A stretch of 64,000 nucleotides of DNA, from contig NC_059425.1 in the NCBI RefSeq assembly GCF_021028975.2, positions 139,314,001 through 139,378,000 of the forward strand, given 5' to 3'. Origin of the DNA: Sphaerodactylus townsendi. Lineage: Eukaryota. Numbering within the stretch: position 1 is the first letter of the stretch; each line of letters opens with the position of its first letter. A program made the position numbers and the translations under genes. The notes under the pieces are model-generated. The model was not told where the DNA came from. It did not search any database and was given only the letters and a program-made list of their open reading frames with translations. Below are positions 1-10,928 of the stretch, in pieces.

Positions 1-199
1 TTCTGGTATATATGGATTCCTTTTGTTATACATCTCCTTCGTCTCTCCACTGTTACTGAAGCAAAAAGTTTATAACCCACATTCAACTGCGAGATGGGTC
101 TGTAAGATTGTGGTAATATTGGATTATTAACCTTCTTTATGAATCAATGTTATATAAGCTTCTTGCTGGTATCCACCCATATGGCTTGGGAGAGGTGTA

Positions 200-670
200 C
201 CTGAAGTACTGATTACCCCCATATGTATCTATCTGACCACTCCAGTCATCTTTAGAGGCTCTGTTTCAGGTGCCCTGCCTTCTGAAAATAGATGGGCAGT
301 AAACCAAGAAAGGGCCCACTTAGCCATTGTGCTGAAACTCTTTGGGCAGATACATCTCCCTTTCACAAGTAGGTGAAGACTTTTGTTTTGTTTGGTGTTC
401 CCTCACTAAAGTCTTCCTCCTTTGTGTGTGTGTGTTTTATGTGTTTATTTATTATTTGTTTTGTGTTAGTATTTTTGTGTTTGTTTTATTTTAAATTGTA
501 TTGTTTTGTTGCAAATACTGTAAAAATAAAGTTGTAAACATATTTTAAATGTTTTAAGTGACTGAAATGTTTACATGTTTAAAGCCTAAAATGTTTTAAT
601 GTTCACTGCCTTGGGGACCTAGAATTGGGTGGAAGGATAGAATAGAAATAGTCTAAATAAATCAATAAAA
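200..670 (+). mobile_element. Old L2 LINE 3' end
   Basis: T-rich 3' UTR followed by an L2-type terminal stem (cactgccttgggg...ggaagg) and a (TAAA)-like tail. Confidence 0.5.
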
Positions 671-957
671 GGCGTCAGAGATGTCTAATAGTATAATCTT
701 AAGGAAAGTTACACATTTCTAAATCTGCAAAAGTCCTTGGGTTTAGAAGGTATAGCTCTTTTTAGGACTGCACAGTAACTTAGCTTCACTTGCACCAAAT
801 AGTCCCAAACTCCATTTAAACCCTCTGCTAATCCTCTTGGTTATGCTATGAAATGAGAGGCTCCAGGGCTGTGACCCTTACAATATCAATTTAGGACCTA
901 CAGATAAATCTGAACTCCAGGTAGGCTACATCATTCACACCTTGCCTTGCCTTATCC

Positions 958-1210
958 AGAATCATAGAATCAATGCATTAAAAAGGGCCATATAGGCCAT
1001 GTAGTCCAAACCCCTGCTCATTCAGGATCATCCTAAAGCATTCCTGACAGGTGTTCATCCAGATGGTACCTTTGCACCTGTAATTTAAAACCATTATTGT
1101 GAATCCTATCCTCTGCAGCCAACAAGAACAGTTCCTTGCCCTCCTCTAAGTGACAACCTTTCAAATATTTAAAGAAAGTAATCACGACTCCAATCAACCT
1201 CCTCTTCTAC
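958..1210 (-). mobile_element. CR1 LINE 3' fragment
   Basis: agaatcatagaatc is the reverse of the CR1 (ATTCTATG)n tail, followed by the typical ggccat.tagtccaa.cccctgct 3' UTR. Confidence 0.8.
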
Positions 1211-2667
1211 CTAAACCCTTTTTGTGGTATTTCTGAATCACCTGAGGAAGTTTCAGCACTGGCAACAAAATATCCTGCAGCAAGAGTCCAGTGCTTGAAC
1301 CTATGTTTTCACCATTTAAACTAAACAGTTCTCCTCTTTTGACTTGTGTTTTCATGCATTTACAATCCTCCTCCTCTATTTCCTCATTATTAACCCATTA
1401 CATTATGATTACTTTAGATACTCTGTCCTAATAGTTACTGAATTATTATTCATTTAGGCATGCTGCTAATAAGCTGATATTACCACTATATGTAATGACA
1501 ATGATGCTAGGTGATTATGCTTTTGCAGTGTAGTATCTTGAGCTATGGCCTAAATTGTTTGTTCATGACCAACAGGATTGAAATTCAAGCACTAGTATGT
1601 ACCTCCAAGAAAATGCAAAATAGCAGTTTCTCTTTAAATTGAATTATTTGCTTAACATTTAATATTGATCAGTTTCTCTGGCTCATGAATGTGCAAGTCT
1701 GTGTTGTGCTTGATTTTTCACTGTGCAAACAGCAGCTGACAGCTGCAATATCTAGTCAAATAAACAACTGTTCCTCTAACTGAGAAAAAGCACAGTAACA
1801 CAGAGAGTTTCTTTTTTCCTCAAGCGAACATTTTTACCTGTAACTTCTATCTTGTTAATGTTGTACTGAGATATTTATTATAGATTACTAAATCTCTGCC
1901 TCTGAAATCTTTCCTCCTGTGAAAGATTTAGAAACAAATTAACACAATGGTAGAACGTCCTACTACCCAAAAAATATAGCCCGAAGCAACAACAGATTAA
2001 ATTTCTATATGTATACTGATAGAAACAGCATGTTTTTCAAAGTTTATTCATCTGATAAAATGCAAGTTTTGAGTGACAGGACAACTTTCTATTCTAATTA
2101 AAATATTATTTGGGCTTTGCTTTTACAGTATCTTTGTAATAAATAGCTAGGGATTTAACAACTTTTATCTGAATTCTTTTTTAAAAGCTATCTTTTTGAA
2201 GACTATTTCAGTAGAGCTTGAAGATTTTTCCAATTTGTTTATATTTATTTAATATTTATGTAGTAGGATCAAGAGGACTGGCTCAGAACAAGATTTTCCT
2301 AGGTAGTTGACAAACTATTGCCCTAAAATTGAAGCATAGTTTGCCTTCCACAGAATTAGCACCACAGCACACAATTCTGATATCAGTTTGAAGAGAGATT
2401 ATTGATCTTAGAACATGTGAAGTAATACTGAATGCTCATGAGCAAGGGCAGAGTGTCTTCTCTTTATCGTTAACTATAACCAACAGCCCACCACATATTT
2501 GGGATTGCGTGAGTGTTAAGTGCCATCAAATTGCTTCTGACTCATGCTATGACTTCCTCTGAAGAGACCATCTACCTCATGTGGGATTAGATGGTGAGTT
2601 TTCAATTAAAAGTGTGTAGCTTATCTTGCAAACATAATACATACATTTAGTGCAACAGTACAACTTG

Positions 2668-2844
2668 CAGTGCAATCCAAACTGCTACACCATTCTAGGA
2701 AAGCAATCCTAAGTGGAGTTACTCAGAAGTAAGTCCCATTATATTCAATAGGACTTATTCCCATGAAAATGTCTTTAGGATTGCACTGTAAGGCGATGGA
2801 AGTCAGTGGCTTCAGAAAGTATAACTCTACTTAGGATTGCACTG
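2668..2844. mobile_element. Two nested palindromic MITE-like elements (GCAATCC...GGATTGCACTG ends)
   Basis: Outer ends CAGTGCAATCC (2668) and GGATTGCACTG (2844); inner ends GCAATCCTAAG (2703) and TTAGGATTGCACTG (2788). Confidence 0.65.
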
Positions 2845-5800
2845 TTACTGTAGTAACTCCACTTTCCCTCACTCAACATAAAATGCAGGAATTTCACGTA
2901 AGGTTAAGATTGATATTTTATTTTTCATGTTTATTTTCATAACTATATAGCATTACTGAATAACAGTCTGTATTTTGCATATTAGGCAAATCTGAATAGG
3001 TCACTGAGTCCTTGGAATCTCTTCTTCTATTTTCTCTTGTTCCTTTTTCCTCTCTCCTGGTCTCATCATCCACTGGCAAGAGAACTGTCACCCACTTTTT
3101 AATCCCAACACACAGCTCAAGAACCACTGCACTGATGTTTTAATGCATGAATTGTTTTTACCGGTGGCCCAGATCAACCCAACTCAAAACAAAAAGAAAC
3201 AAACTGGCTATCTTCCTATCTGATCCACAACTTACAAGCCCAGTTGCTCAGTACTTCTCACAGATTTTAAAAATGAAAAATGTAATGATTAAATCTTAAT
3301 TTTTTTAAAAAATGAAGACCTGTATAAATTATAGAATAATCACTCATTTTAACTTTTTAAAACATCAATTTTAATCATAACTATTACCATCTTATCCTAC
3401 AAATCTTTCTGTCTACATGTATATTTTAATTTTATGCCCACAAAGGTATATGAACTTATGCTTGTGCTTGTTTTTATTGAAAGCAGAGCTTTAATGGAGA
3501 AATAATTTGCCTTTCTAGTTTCGTGCATATTCATCCGCAAAAGGAAGTCAGCTTGCTTAATACTGTTCTCTTGCTTACCATTGTTACTTTGTTACAGGTA
3601 GATGTTTGGCTACAATTCAACAGCACAGCCATATCTAGATAACCTTTAAAAGATGTTCTCCGTTATCAATCCCAATACTGGCAGTAGTCAAATTTTGTAT
3701 ATTAAAAAAAGACACTGATGGCAGCATAGTCAATGTGAGAAAGACACTGTGACACACACACAAGGCATTACCCATTATGGGAAGTTAAAATGCTGTGAGA
3801 TAGAGGTCACTGATGGAATGCTAACAATTATTCCAGCTCCATTTAAGAATAACATTTATCACCTAGCATCAGTACTGGAAAAGTACAAATTATGATTCAG
3901 GTTTGCAAGGACACTAGACAACCCTGCATAGTCCTGGACATGTCTATTATCTCTGTCCTGGGAAACTATTACACGGTAGATGTTGATTCACAAGGGGCAT
4001 GAAAGGCAAGCTGCCCTCAGGCCTAAACAGAACCCCAGCTAACCCAAATCACTAGTGATCCAGGAGAGATTATTGCTGCTGGAGTCCCACAGGCTTTCTA
4101 GGACTGGACCATTTGCAAACACAGACTCACAGCTCCAGTAGGAAAACCCTGAAAGTCACACAACTCTCCGTCCCTGAATCTCTCAAGCTGTAGACAAAAA
4201 CTATGCGGCCATTTCAGGAGCTGTATTTGCTGGACAGTTCCATTCCAGTCACAATACAGATCTAGGGGGAGAGCTTCTTTATTGTTTTGGGGTTATTTAA
4301 ATAAGGAACTGGAGGGGATTGGGGGAGAGAATGCACGTGGGAATACCGGAGCAGTCGAGACCTTCAAATATGATCGGGATCCCAAGGATGCATTCACAAA
4401 ACAAACAAACAAACAAAACCCCTGTCCTGGGAGGAAGCCCTACTCAAGAAAACAGGACTAACTTTCAAATTTGTGTTACACAGAAGCGAATTCCGCTGGA
4501 ATTAGTGGGACATGTGTTTGAGAATGAAGGGCGTTAGCTGCCATCTGGCACCACCGGATAAGTTCCATTGAACCCAGGGAGGCGCACTTCTAAGTACCCA
4601 CGTTTAGAAAGGTGGTGGAAAGATATGATCCTTTACAACCTTTTACAACGAAATAGTGCTTCTGACTGTCGAAGTGAGGGCAGGACATTTGTAAAAAAGA
4701 GGAAGCAGGACTCTCTGCAGCGGGAGCGAGCGCATGCCTTCACAATGCAGTCTGGGCCACACAAAGGGCAGAGATGTGTGTGCGTGTGTGCGTGACTTAA
4801 GGACTCAGCGCCCCGAGGCAAAAACAAAAAGCACAGGCAGCGAGAAGGGACGGGACGGACGATCCCCAGGGTCCGATGCCAAAAGATTTCCTGCCACCAC
4901 GAAAAGACGTTCCGGGAGTGCTATCGATTTTCCGTGACAAGCCAGGGGCGACTTCGTCACCTGAAGAAGCACTTACCCCTGCCTGTGCCTATACATTGTC
5001 ATTCCGTCCATCCTCCAAGGCGCTTCGGGGGGGAGGATGGAGGGGGGTGCGCTCTCCTTCCCATTTGGTCCTGACAGTGTTGCGAGGCGCATCAGATCGA
5101 CAGGGCGCTTAGTGGGCATTTGAACGCAGGTCTACAAGGGTCTGGTCAAGCCCTCTCCCGCTCCCTTTTTTTTAAGCCCCCCACACGAGCCGTCGGGCTA
5201 CCTTCGCAAATTTTCCACATCTTTATGGTCTGTTAGGCATCTCAGGACGACCAAAAGAGAAGCTTTTCCAATGCAAAGGGGGGCTAACTCAGGCATTACA
5301 TTGTTAGGTACCGACCGCAGATGTCAGTCTAGGAAGCGTGGGGCGAGCACGTGTTTACAAAACTTGCCTCGTCCCGAACAGGTCGAAGTGAATGGCGGCA
5401 GCTCCCTCCGGAGTGGCACTCCAGAGCAAGTCTGAACGCAGGGATTTGGTCGGGGGTGGGGTGCGGGGACGGGCAGCATTTCACTTTTGCACATTCAGTC
5501 AATGGATCGCTGTAAGTCAGGTGGCCACTCAGGAGTCTTGGGGCTGTAACGGCCGGGCAAAGGTACTCACTCCTCTGGGATTTCAAAGTTAGGCCAGTGC
5601 GCTTTACATGTCTCACAAGGCCATCTGGAAGAGGACGCTCCATTTTTTTTTAAAAGTCCTCGATCAGTCAAAGGGCGATCGCACTGAAAAGGATCGCCTC
5701 CTCCCCCAAGCCACCCTCGAAGCAATATCGGTCCAGTAGCAGGATCCTCGCAGCCAGCCCCCTGTGAAAGAACAGCTCCTGGAGTATAAATGGATGAGCT

Positions 5801-6379
5801 CCTGCGGGTCTGACCCGGACCTCAAAAGGGTAAACTCGCCATTGCATCGTTCTCACTGTCTAAAGGAAAGAGAGGAAGACCCGGGCACGCTTATCTGGGA
5901 GCGAATCCCTTCGAACTCAGTGAAGTTACGTCGGAGTAAACGTGCTTACGGTTGAGCCTTGAGAGAAACTACACGGGAGCTGGCAAAAGGATCCATCTTT
6001 CACGATCCCACGGAGGGCTTTCAGCCTCCACAACAAAGCGGCGGCCGTAGCAGAGCTTTGCTTCCTCCAGGCTCCCAGGCTCCTGGCCAGCCCACCTGAT
6101 CAGCATGAGCTGTTTTCCGTCTAGCCTGTCTGGCCGGCGTCGGCAGCCCTGCTCAGCCCGAAATCCCTCGGATCCTTTCGGGGTCGCAACAGCTGGTCTG
6201 CTGCGGCGTCTTTCGAGTTTGGCCGTCTCTGCATTAAACGGCATATAAATCTTCCATTCCCGTGTGTAATGGGAATGCTCGCGAGAACAGGGCTCCGGGG
6301 ACGGTTCAGCCGCTAGGGGCCGTGGGGCGCGCGGAACCCGTCATAGGGGCCACGCTTATTGGGATGGAAGGCCCCGGGG

Positions 6380-6425
6380 GACTCAATGGGGCACCCCGCC
6401 GCGACTCAATGGGGCACCCCGCCGC
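6380..6425. repeat. Perfect 23-bp tandem duplication
   Basis: GACTCAATGGGGCACCCCGCCGC at 6380-6402 and 6403-6425. Confidence 0.95.
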
Positions 6426-7086
6426 GTACTTTATTTGCTCGGCTGCAAGTCAGGTTGATCATGTTCACACCATGGTTTTAACTCTGAGTTGCTTTTGGTC
6501 TTGGGATCCATTGGGGCATACGGAGCCCAAGTCCCTGTGAATCCTCTCCAGCCCAATATTACTCCGAAGTAAGGCTTCATATGGCGAGATGGGCTAGGGG
6601 TTCACAGTCAAGCCTGAACCCTTCCGCCCCTGTTCCTAGGTACAAGGCACCGGCTTCTGCTAACCGGTCATAGCCCCCGAGTCCATGCATTGACGGAAAA
6701 GCAAGGACTCCTGTGCTCAGGGCAGCGTGTTTGCAAGCAAGGGCGCGCAGGATTGCGGCACTACTGAGTTTCCGCCTCCCGGGGCAAGCAAGCAAATCAA
6801 TAAATAAATGTCACTAAAAGGCTATCGAGGGTCAGACCCCGTTCGTCAATTAATTGTCGTTGGATCTGATGGCCTTCGCCAATGAGGTAGAGTTGGTTTT
6901 TTATCACAGCACGTCGGCAGCACTGGAGTGGAGGGTGGCGCAAGAGAGGGCGAAAAAGCAACTGACCGCCCACCCCCTTGATTTGTGCCCCCGCCGCTTT
7001 TAGTGGCCAGCTTCACACAGGGTGCCTGTCGGTATGCTCTCTTTTTAGGGGTCAGCGACAAAGATATAAGAGTGGCCGGGGGGGTC

Positions 7087-7282
7087 ATTGGGATTTGGGT
7101 GGCAAGTCGGGAGGCGCGGGGTCGGGACAGCAGGCGCTAGGACCCGGCGGGATTTTCGCGGGGGCCGACGGAGGCGGGGCGGTGGCGAAGGACTGGGAGT
7201 CGGCGCGCGGCGAGGGCAGCCACGAGTTTGCTGCCCGGGGCTGCCGTAGAGCGGAGTGGAAGCCGAGCGGGCGCTATATAAA
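7087..7282 (+). promoter_or_regulatory. Candidate HTR1B core promoter (inverted CCAAT, GC box, TATA)
   Basis: ATTGG 7087-7091, GAGGCGGGGC 7171-7180 and TATATAAA 7275-7282 in canonical order. Predicts a TSS near 7305-7310. Confidence 0.6.
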
Positions 7283-7904
7283 GCCAGGACAGGAGCCGCG
7301 CGCCGGTCAGTCGCTCCCCTTTCCCGGGCTGCCCGTCGTGCAAGGGACACGCGTGCGCTTCCTTCGCCGCGTCCAGGGCTCGCGAAGCTGCAGTCTCTCT
7401 TCGTCTGGCTGCTGCAAAAGTTACTCGCCTCGGCGACTTGCGCAAGGGAAAGCGGAGGCTCCCAAGCCTGGCAGCCGCGGTCTCCTGCCCAGAGAGCTAG
7501 GCGCGCCCTGCAGCCCCTCAAGCCGACTTTGCCCGCGCACCTACCGCTGCCGCTTTCAACTTCGCCAGCTTCCACCGAGGCTGTCCTGGGGAGGAAAGCG
7601 GGAAGATGCGCCTTCGCTCGGAACACGGTAGTGGCTGCTTCCGCCGCAGGTCGCTTCCCTGGGAAGTCCGCACGTGCTGAGGCGCCGGCTTGGTTTTGGC
7701 AAAGGGCGGGTGGTCGGCGGCGCGAGCCATGGTCCGCCGGGACGCGGGAGGCATCCCCATTGGATGAGCCCCGCTCACATGCTCAGCCCCTCTGCCGGCG
7801 CCCCTTGTGCACGGGCTGCTGTCCTGAGATGCGGCGCGCTTTGCGGGCGCCGCCCGTCTCGGGTTGCTGAGCCTGGCAGCCCTTTGGAGCCAGCCCTTTG
7901 AGGG

Positions 7905-9059
7905 ATGGAGCAGCCTCGGCCCTGCCAAGAAACTCTGGACAGCCTGAATGTGTTCCACACCAATGACTCGTATCATTCTCGTAACTGCAGTGAAGAAGTG
8001 GCGACCTACCAAGATGCCACCCCTCTCTCCTGGAAGGTAGTGCTGACCATCGTCCTGGCCTTCATCACTTTGGCCACCATGCTGTCCAACGCTTTTGTCA
8101 TCGCCACAGTCTACCAGACTCGAAAGCTCCACACACCAGCCAACTATCTCATAGCGTCTTTGGCCGTCACTGACCTCCTGGTGTCCATCCTTGTCATGCC
8201 CATCAGCACCATGTACACTGTGACTGGAAAATGGACCTTGGGCCAGATAGTCTGTGATATGTGGCTCTCTTCCGATATCACTTGTTGCACTGCTTCCATT
8301 CTCCACTTGTGTGTGATTGCCCTGGACAGATACTGGGCCATCACTGATGCGGTTGAATACTCGACCAAAAGGACTCCTAAGAGGGCAGCTGGCATGATTG
8401 CTTTGGTGTGGGTCTTCTCCATCTCCATTTCGATGCCCCCCTTATTCTGGCGCCAGTCAAAAGCTGAAGAGGTGGCAGACTGTGTGGTGAACACAGATCA
8501 CATCTTGTACACAGTCTATTCCACAGTGGGAGCCTTCTACTTCCCCACCTTGTTACTGATCATCCTGTATGGGAGGATCTACGTGGAAGCCAGATCTCGA
8601 ATTTTGAAACAGACACCAAAGAACACGGGCAAAAGGTTAACCCGAGCTCACTTAATAACTGATTCTCCCGGGTCAACTTCATCAGTCACTTCCATAAACT
8701 GCAAAGCCTCAGAGGCTTCTAGCGAAACAGGATCTCCCGTATATTTGAATCAAGTCAAAGTGAAGGTGTCAGATGCCCTGCTGGAAAAAAAGAAACTGAC
8801 AGCTGCCAGAGAACGGAAAGCTACCAAGACACTGGGGATTATTTTAGGAGCCTTCATTGTGTGCTGGCTGCCCTTCTTCATCATCTCCTTGGTGTTGCCT
8901 ATTTGTAAAGATGCTTGCTGGTTTCACATGGCCATCTTTGACTTTTTCACCTGGTTGGGATACCTTAACTCTTTGATCAACCCCATCATCTACACCATGT
9001 CCAATGAAGACTTCAAACAGGCATTCCATAAATTGGTACGGTTTCGATGCACAAGCTGA
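7905..9059 (+). CDS. HTR1B: 5-hydroxytryptamine (serotonin) receptor 1B, single coding exon, 384 aa class A GPCR
   Basis: Uninterrupted ORF from ATG 7905 (GGGATGG) to TGA 9057-9059. Seven hydrophobic segments, D3.32 (SSDITCC), DRY, CWLPFF, NPIIY, N-terminal sequons NDS and NCS. HTR1B-specific stretches: [38 protein letters not shown]-terminus [19 protein letters not shown]. Confidence 0.98.
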   Translation: MEQPRPCQETLDSLNVFHTNDSYHSRNCSEEVATYQDATPLSWKVVLTIVLAFITLATMLSNAFVIATVYQTRKLHTPANYLIASLAVTDLLVSILVMPISTMYTVTGKWTLGQIVCDMWLSSDITCCTASILHLCVIALDRYWAITDAVEYSTKRTPKRAAGMIALVWVFSISISMPPLFWRQSKAEEVADCVVNTDHILYTVYSTVGAFYFPTLLLIILYGRIYVEARSRILKQTPKNTGKRLTRAHLITDSPGSTSSVTSINCKASEASSETGSPVYLNQVKVKVSDALLEKKKLTAARERKATKTLGIILGAFIVCWLPFFIISLVLPICKDACWFHMAIFDFFTWLGYLNSLINPIIYTMSNEDFKQAFHKLVRFRCTS

Positions 9060-9856
9060 CTTTTTGAATGCAGTTAAGTATAATTCTCCAGGGCAGGAGG
9101 CTTGACTGCATTCTGTGCATCTGGTTCTGCAGGTAGGTGCACCCTTCTTACCATGTTACTGTCTCTCTGGAAAGCGATACTGCAATGGTAAAGAGGAGCT
9201 CAGTGCAGAAGAGAGCCATGCAAATACTGCGTACCTATTTCCTTAGGGCTGAAGTCGCTCTCAAGCAGTGTCTCTCTGAGCCCATGGTTAAAAAATGCTG
9301 CCATATCTTGTTACGTTCCCGCTAATGTTGCAAAGGAAGTAGTTTTGGCCTTAACATTATTGTGTCTTCTGGATTATGCCTTGTAGAGCCACTGTGGTAG
9401 GAATTGGAAAGCTTTCGGACAACATCTTTGGAGAGTACTCCATCCAGTGTGACTGCTCATGAACTAAAGTTTATCATCCAAACTCCTCTGCTAGGAGATC
9501 TTTGCCTCTCAGCCATCTGTATGTTGAAAGCTCCTTGCTGATGTTTGTCACCTTTTTTCCCCCCAGCTAGCTTGTTTTAAAGACTATGCAGAGTGGACTA
9601 TAAACTGTGCATGCTGCTCAAATCCTTAGTTTTACAGAGCGAAGATTTGGAAGAATTAGCATTGGTAGTCTGATTATAATGGCGCCTGGCATGTATAATG
9701 GGTTTGATTGGTGTTGATCAAGCAGGGATGGGGTGCTCTAATAAGAAACCAGCATGAGAGAAGCAACTCATTCCTGTGTGGGATTTTTTTTTTGTATAGA
9801 TGTGTGCCACCTTATCTGTCTAACAATTTGTCAAATTGCAACTAACAATTCAAAGA

Positions 9857-9858
<2 letters not shown>

Positions 9859-9899
<41 letters not shown>
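9859..9899. repeat. (GT)20 microsatellite in the putative 3' UTR
   Basis: Perfect GT run. Confidence 0.97.
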
Positions 9900-9900
<1 letters not shown>

Positions 9901-9920
9901 ACGCCCTCCCTCACACTCTG

Positions 9921-9928
9921 GTGCCAAA
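9921..9928 (+). promoter_or_regulatory. miR-96 8-mer seed match in the putative HTR1B 3' UTR
   Basis: GTGCCAAA is the complement of miR-96-5p nt 2-8 (UUGGCAC) plus the A1 anchor. Confidence 0.65.
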
Positions 9929-10165
9929 GCTTGCAAGCTGCTTTCCATTTTTTTTTGTTGGGCGCTATATGTCCCTGACATTTTTGCATATTTAAATAAG
10001 TGACTCACTCTAATCCGCTGTTATTTCACATACTGAATGCATACAGTATAGTTAAACAAATCGTGTTCTCTCCCTCCTTTCTTTAAAAGCTGTTTGTGCT
10101 CAAAAGCCAATATTGTATGTCTGTCCTAGGAATGAAAAGTTGATGTTTGATTGGCATCAGCAAAG

Positions 10166-10928
10166 AATAAATTGCCACAGTTGTGACTAAAAAGATACAT
10201 TAAATGAGCCTTAGTATTTTCTTCTCTAAATACGAGATAATTTTCTCTTGCACAGATTTCAAATAGAGATACTTCCCAGTTTAAAAATCTCTTCCTTTTA
10301 GTCATCCTAGGGGACATCATCTGCTTTTAAAAATGCTCTCTAGTAAGAAACTTCATATACACACACACAAAATTTTGTATTACTCTCCATTCCCTTTCCC
10401 CTCCACCTTCTTCCGTAAATTTGATAAATTTGGAGAGAATGTTTAAATGCTATAAATGATTTTTCTGTGAGAAAGGATTTTCCTAAAGACAGACCTATTA
10501 TCAGTATTTAGACAGCTGTAAAACTTGTCCTTCCTTCTGTCTTGTCAAATACTTTGATTAAAAGGTCAGTTTTGGTACAGTATCCACTACCTGGGATCAA
10601 CTTTGCATTTTGCAAATTCTGTTATATGCTGTACTATGTAAAACTTGTAGCAGACGGTGGTGATTTTACTAATTGCCATTTTTTAAAGAGGGTCACATTC
10701 TTCTTAGAACTGGTTTGGCTATTCAGGAAGGCCCTAATCCCAAATACCTTTGAAAGAAAGTCTTTCATTTTTCCTCCATTAGGCTTTGGTTCTGATTTAA
10801 GAGTGGCATCAACTCTGCCTTTCCCACTGCTTGAACCTAATCCACATCTTTGTGCATTACAAAATACTCACTTTTAATACTCTATCTATCCATTGCCTTA
10901 GATGGGAACAAATCTGAAAAAAAATAAA
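10166..10928 (+). terminator. Candidate HTR1B polyadenylation signals
   Basis: AATAAA at 10166-10171 and 10923-10928. Which is used cannot be read from the sequence. Confidence 0.35.

Larger units (their letters stand above)
4700..7904. promoter_or_regulatory. CpG island / CpG-rich domain over the HTR1B promoter and 5' UTR
   Basis: CpG and GC density is visibly far above the CpG-depleted flanks and highest at ~7000-7900. Edges approximate. Confidence 0.85.

Noticed and set aside
6903-6925. REST/NRSE-like motif CAGCACGTCGGCAGCAC
   Set aside because: Lacks the GGACAG half-site and the canonical spacing.
6978-7870. Long ORFs in the CpG island (217, 193 and 204 aa)
   Set aside because: Low-complexity Arg/Gly/Ala/Pro products expected from stop-poor GC-rich DNA; mostly non-ATG starts; no domains.
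7518-8494. Antisense ORFs of 262 and 116 aa over HTR1B
   Set aside because: Shadow frames of a GC-rich leader and a codon-biased CDS; no recognisable protein.
7905-9059. Alternative identity as HTR1D or a retrocopy
   Set aside because: ICL3 and the C-terminus are HTR1B-specific; HTR1 genes are natively intronless; the ORF is intact and has its own CpG-island promoter.
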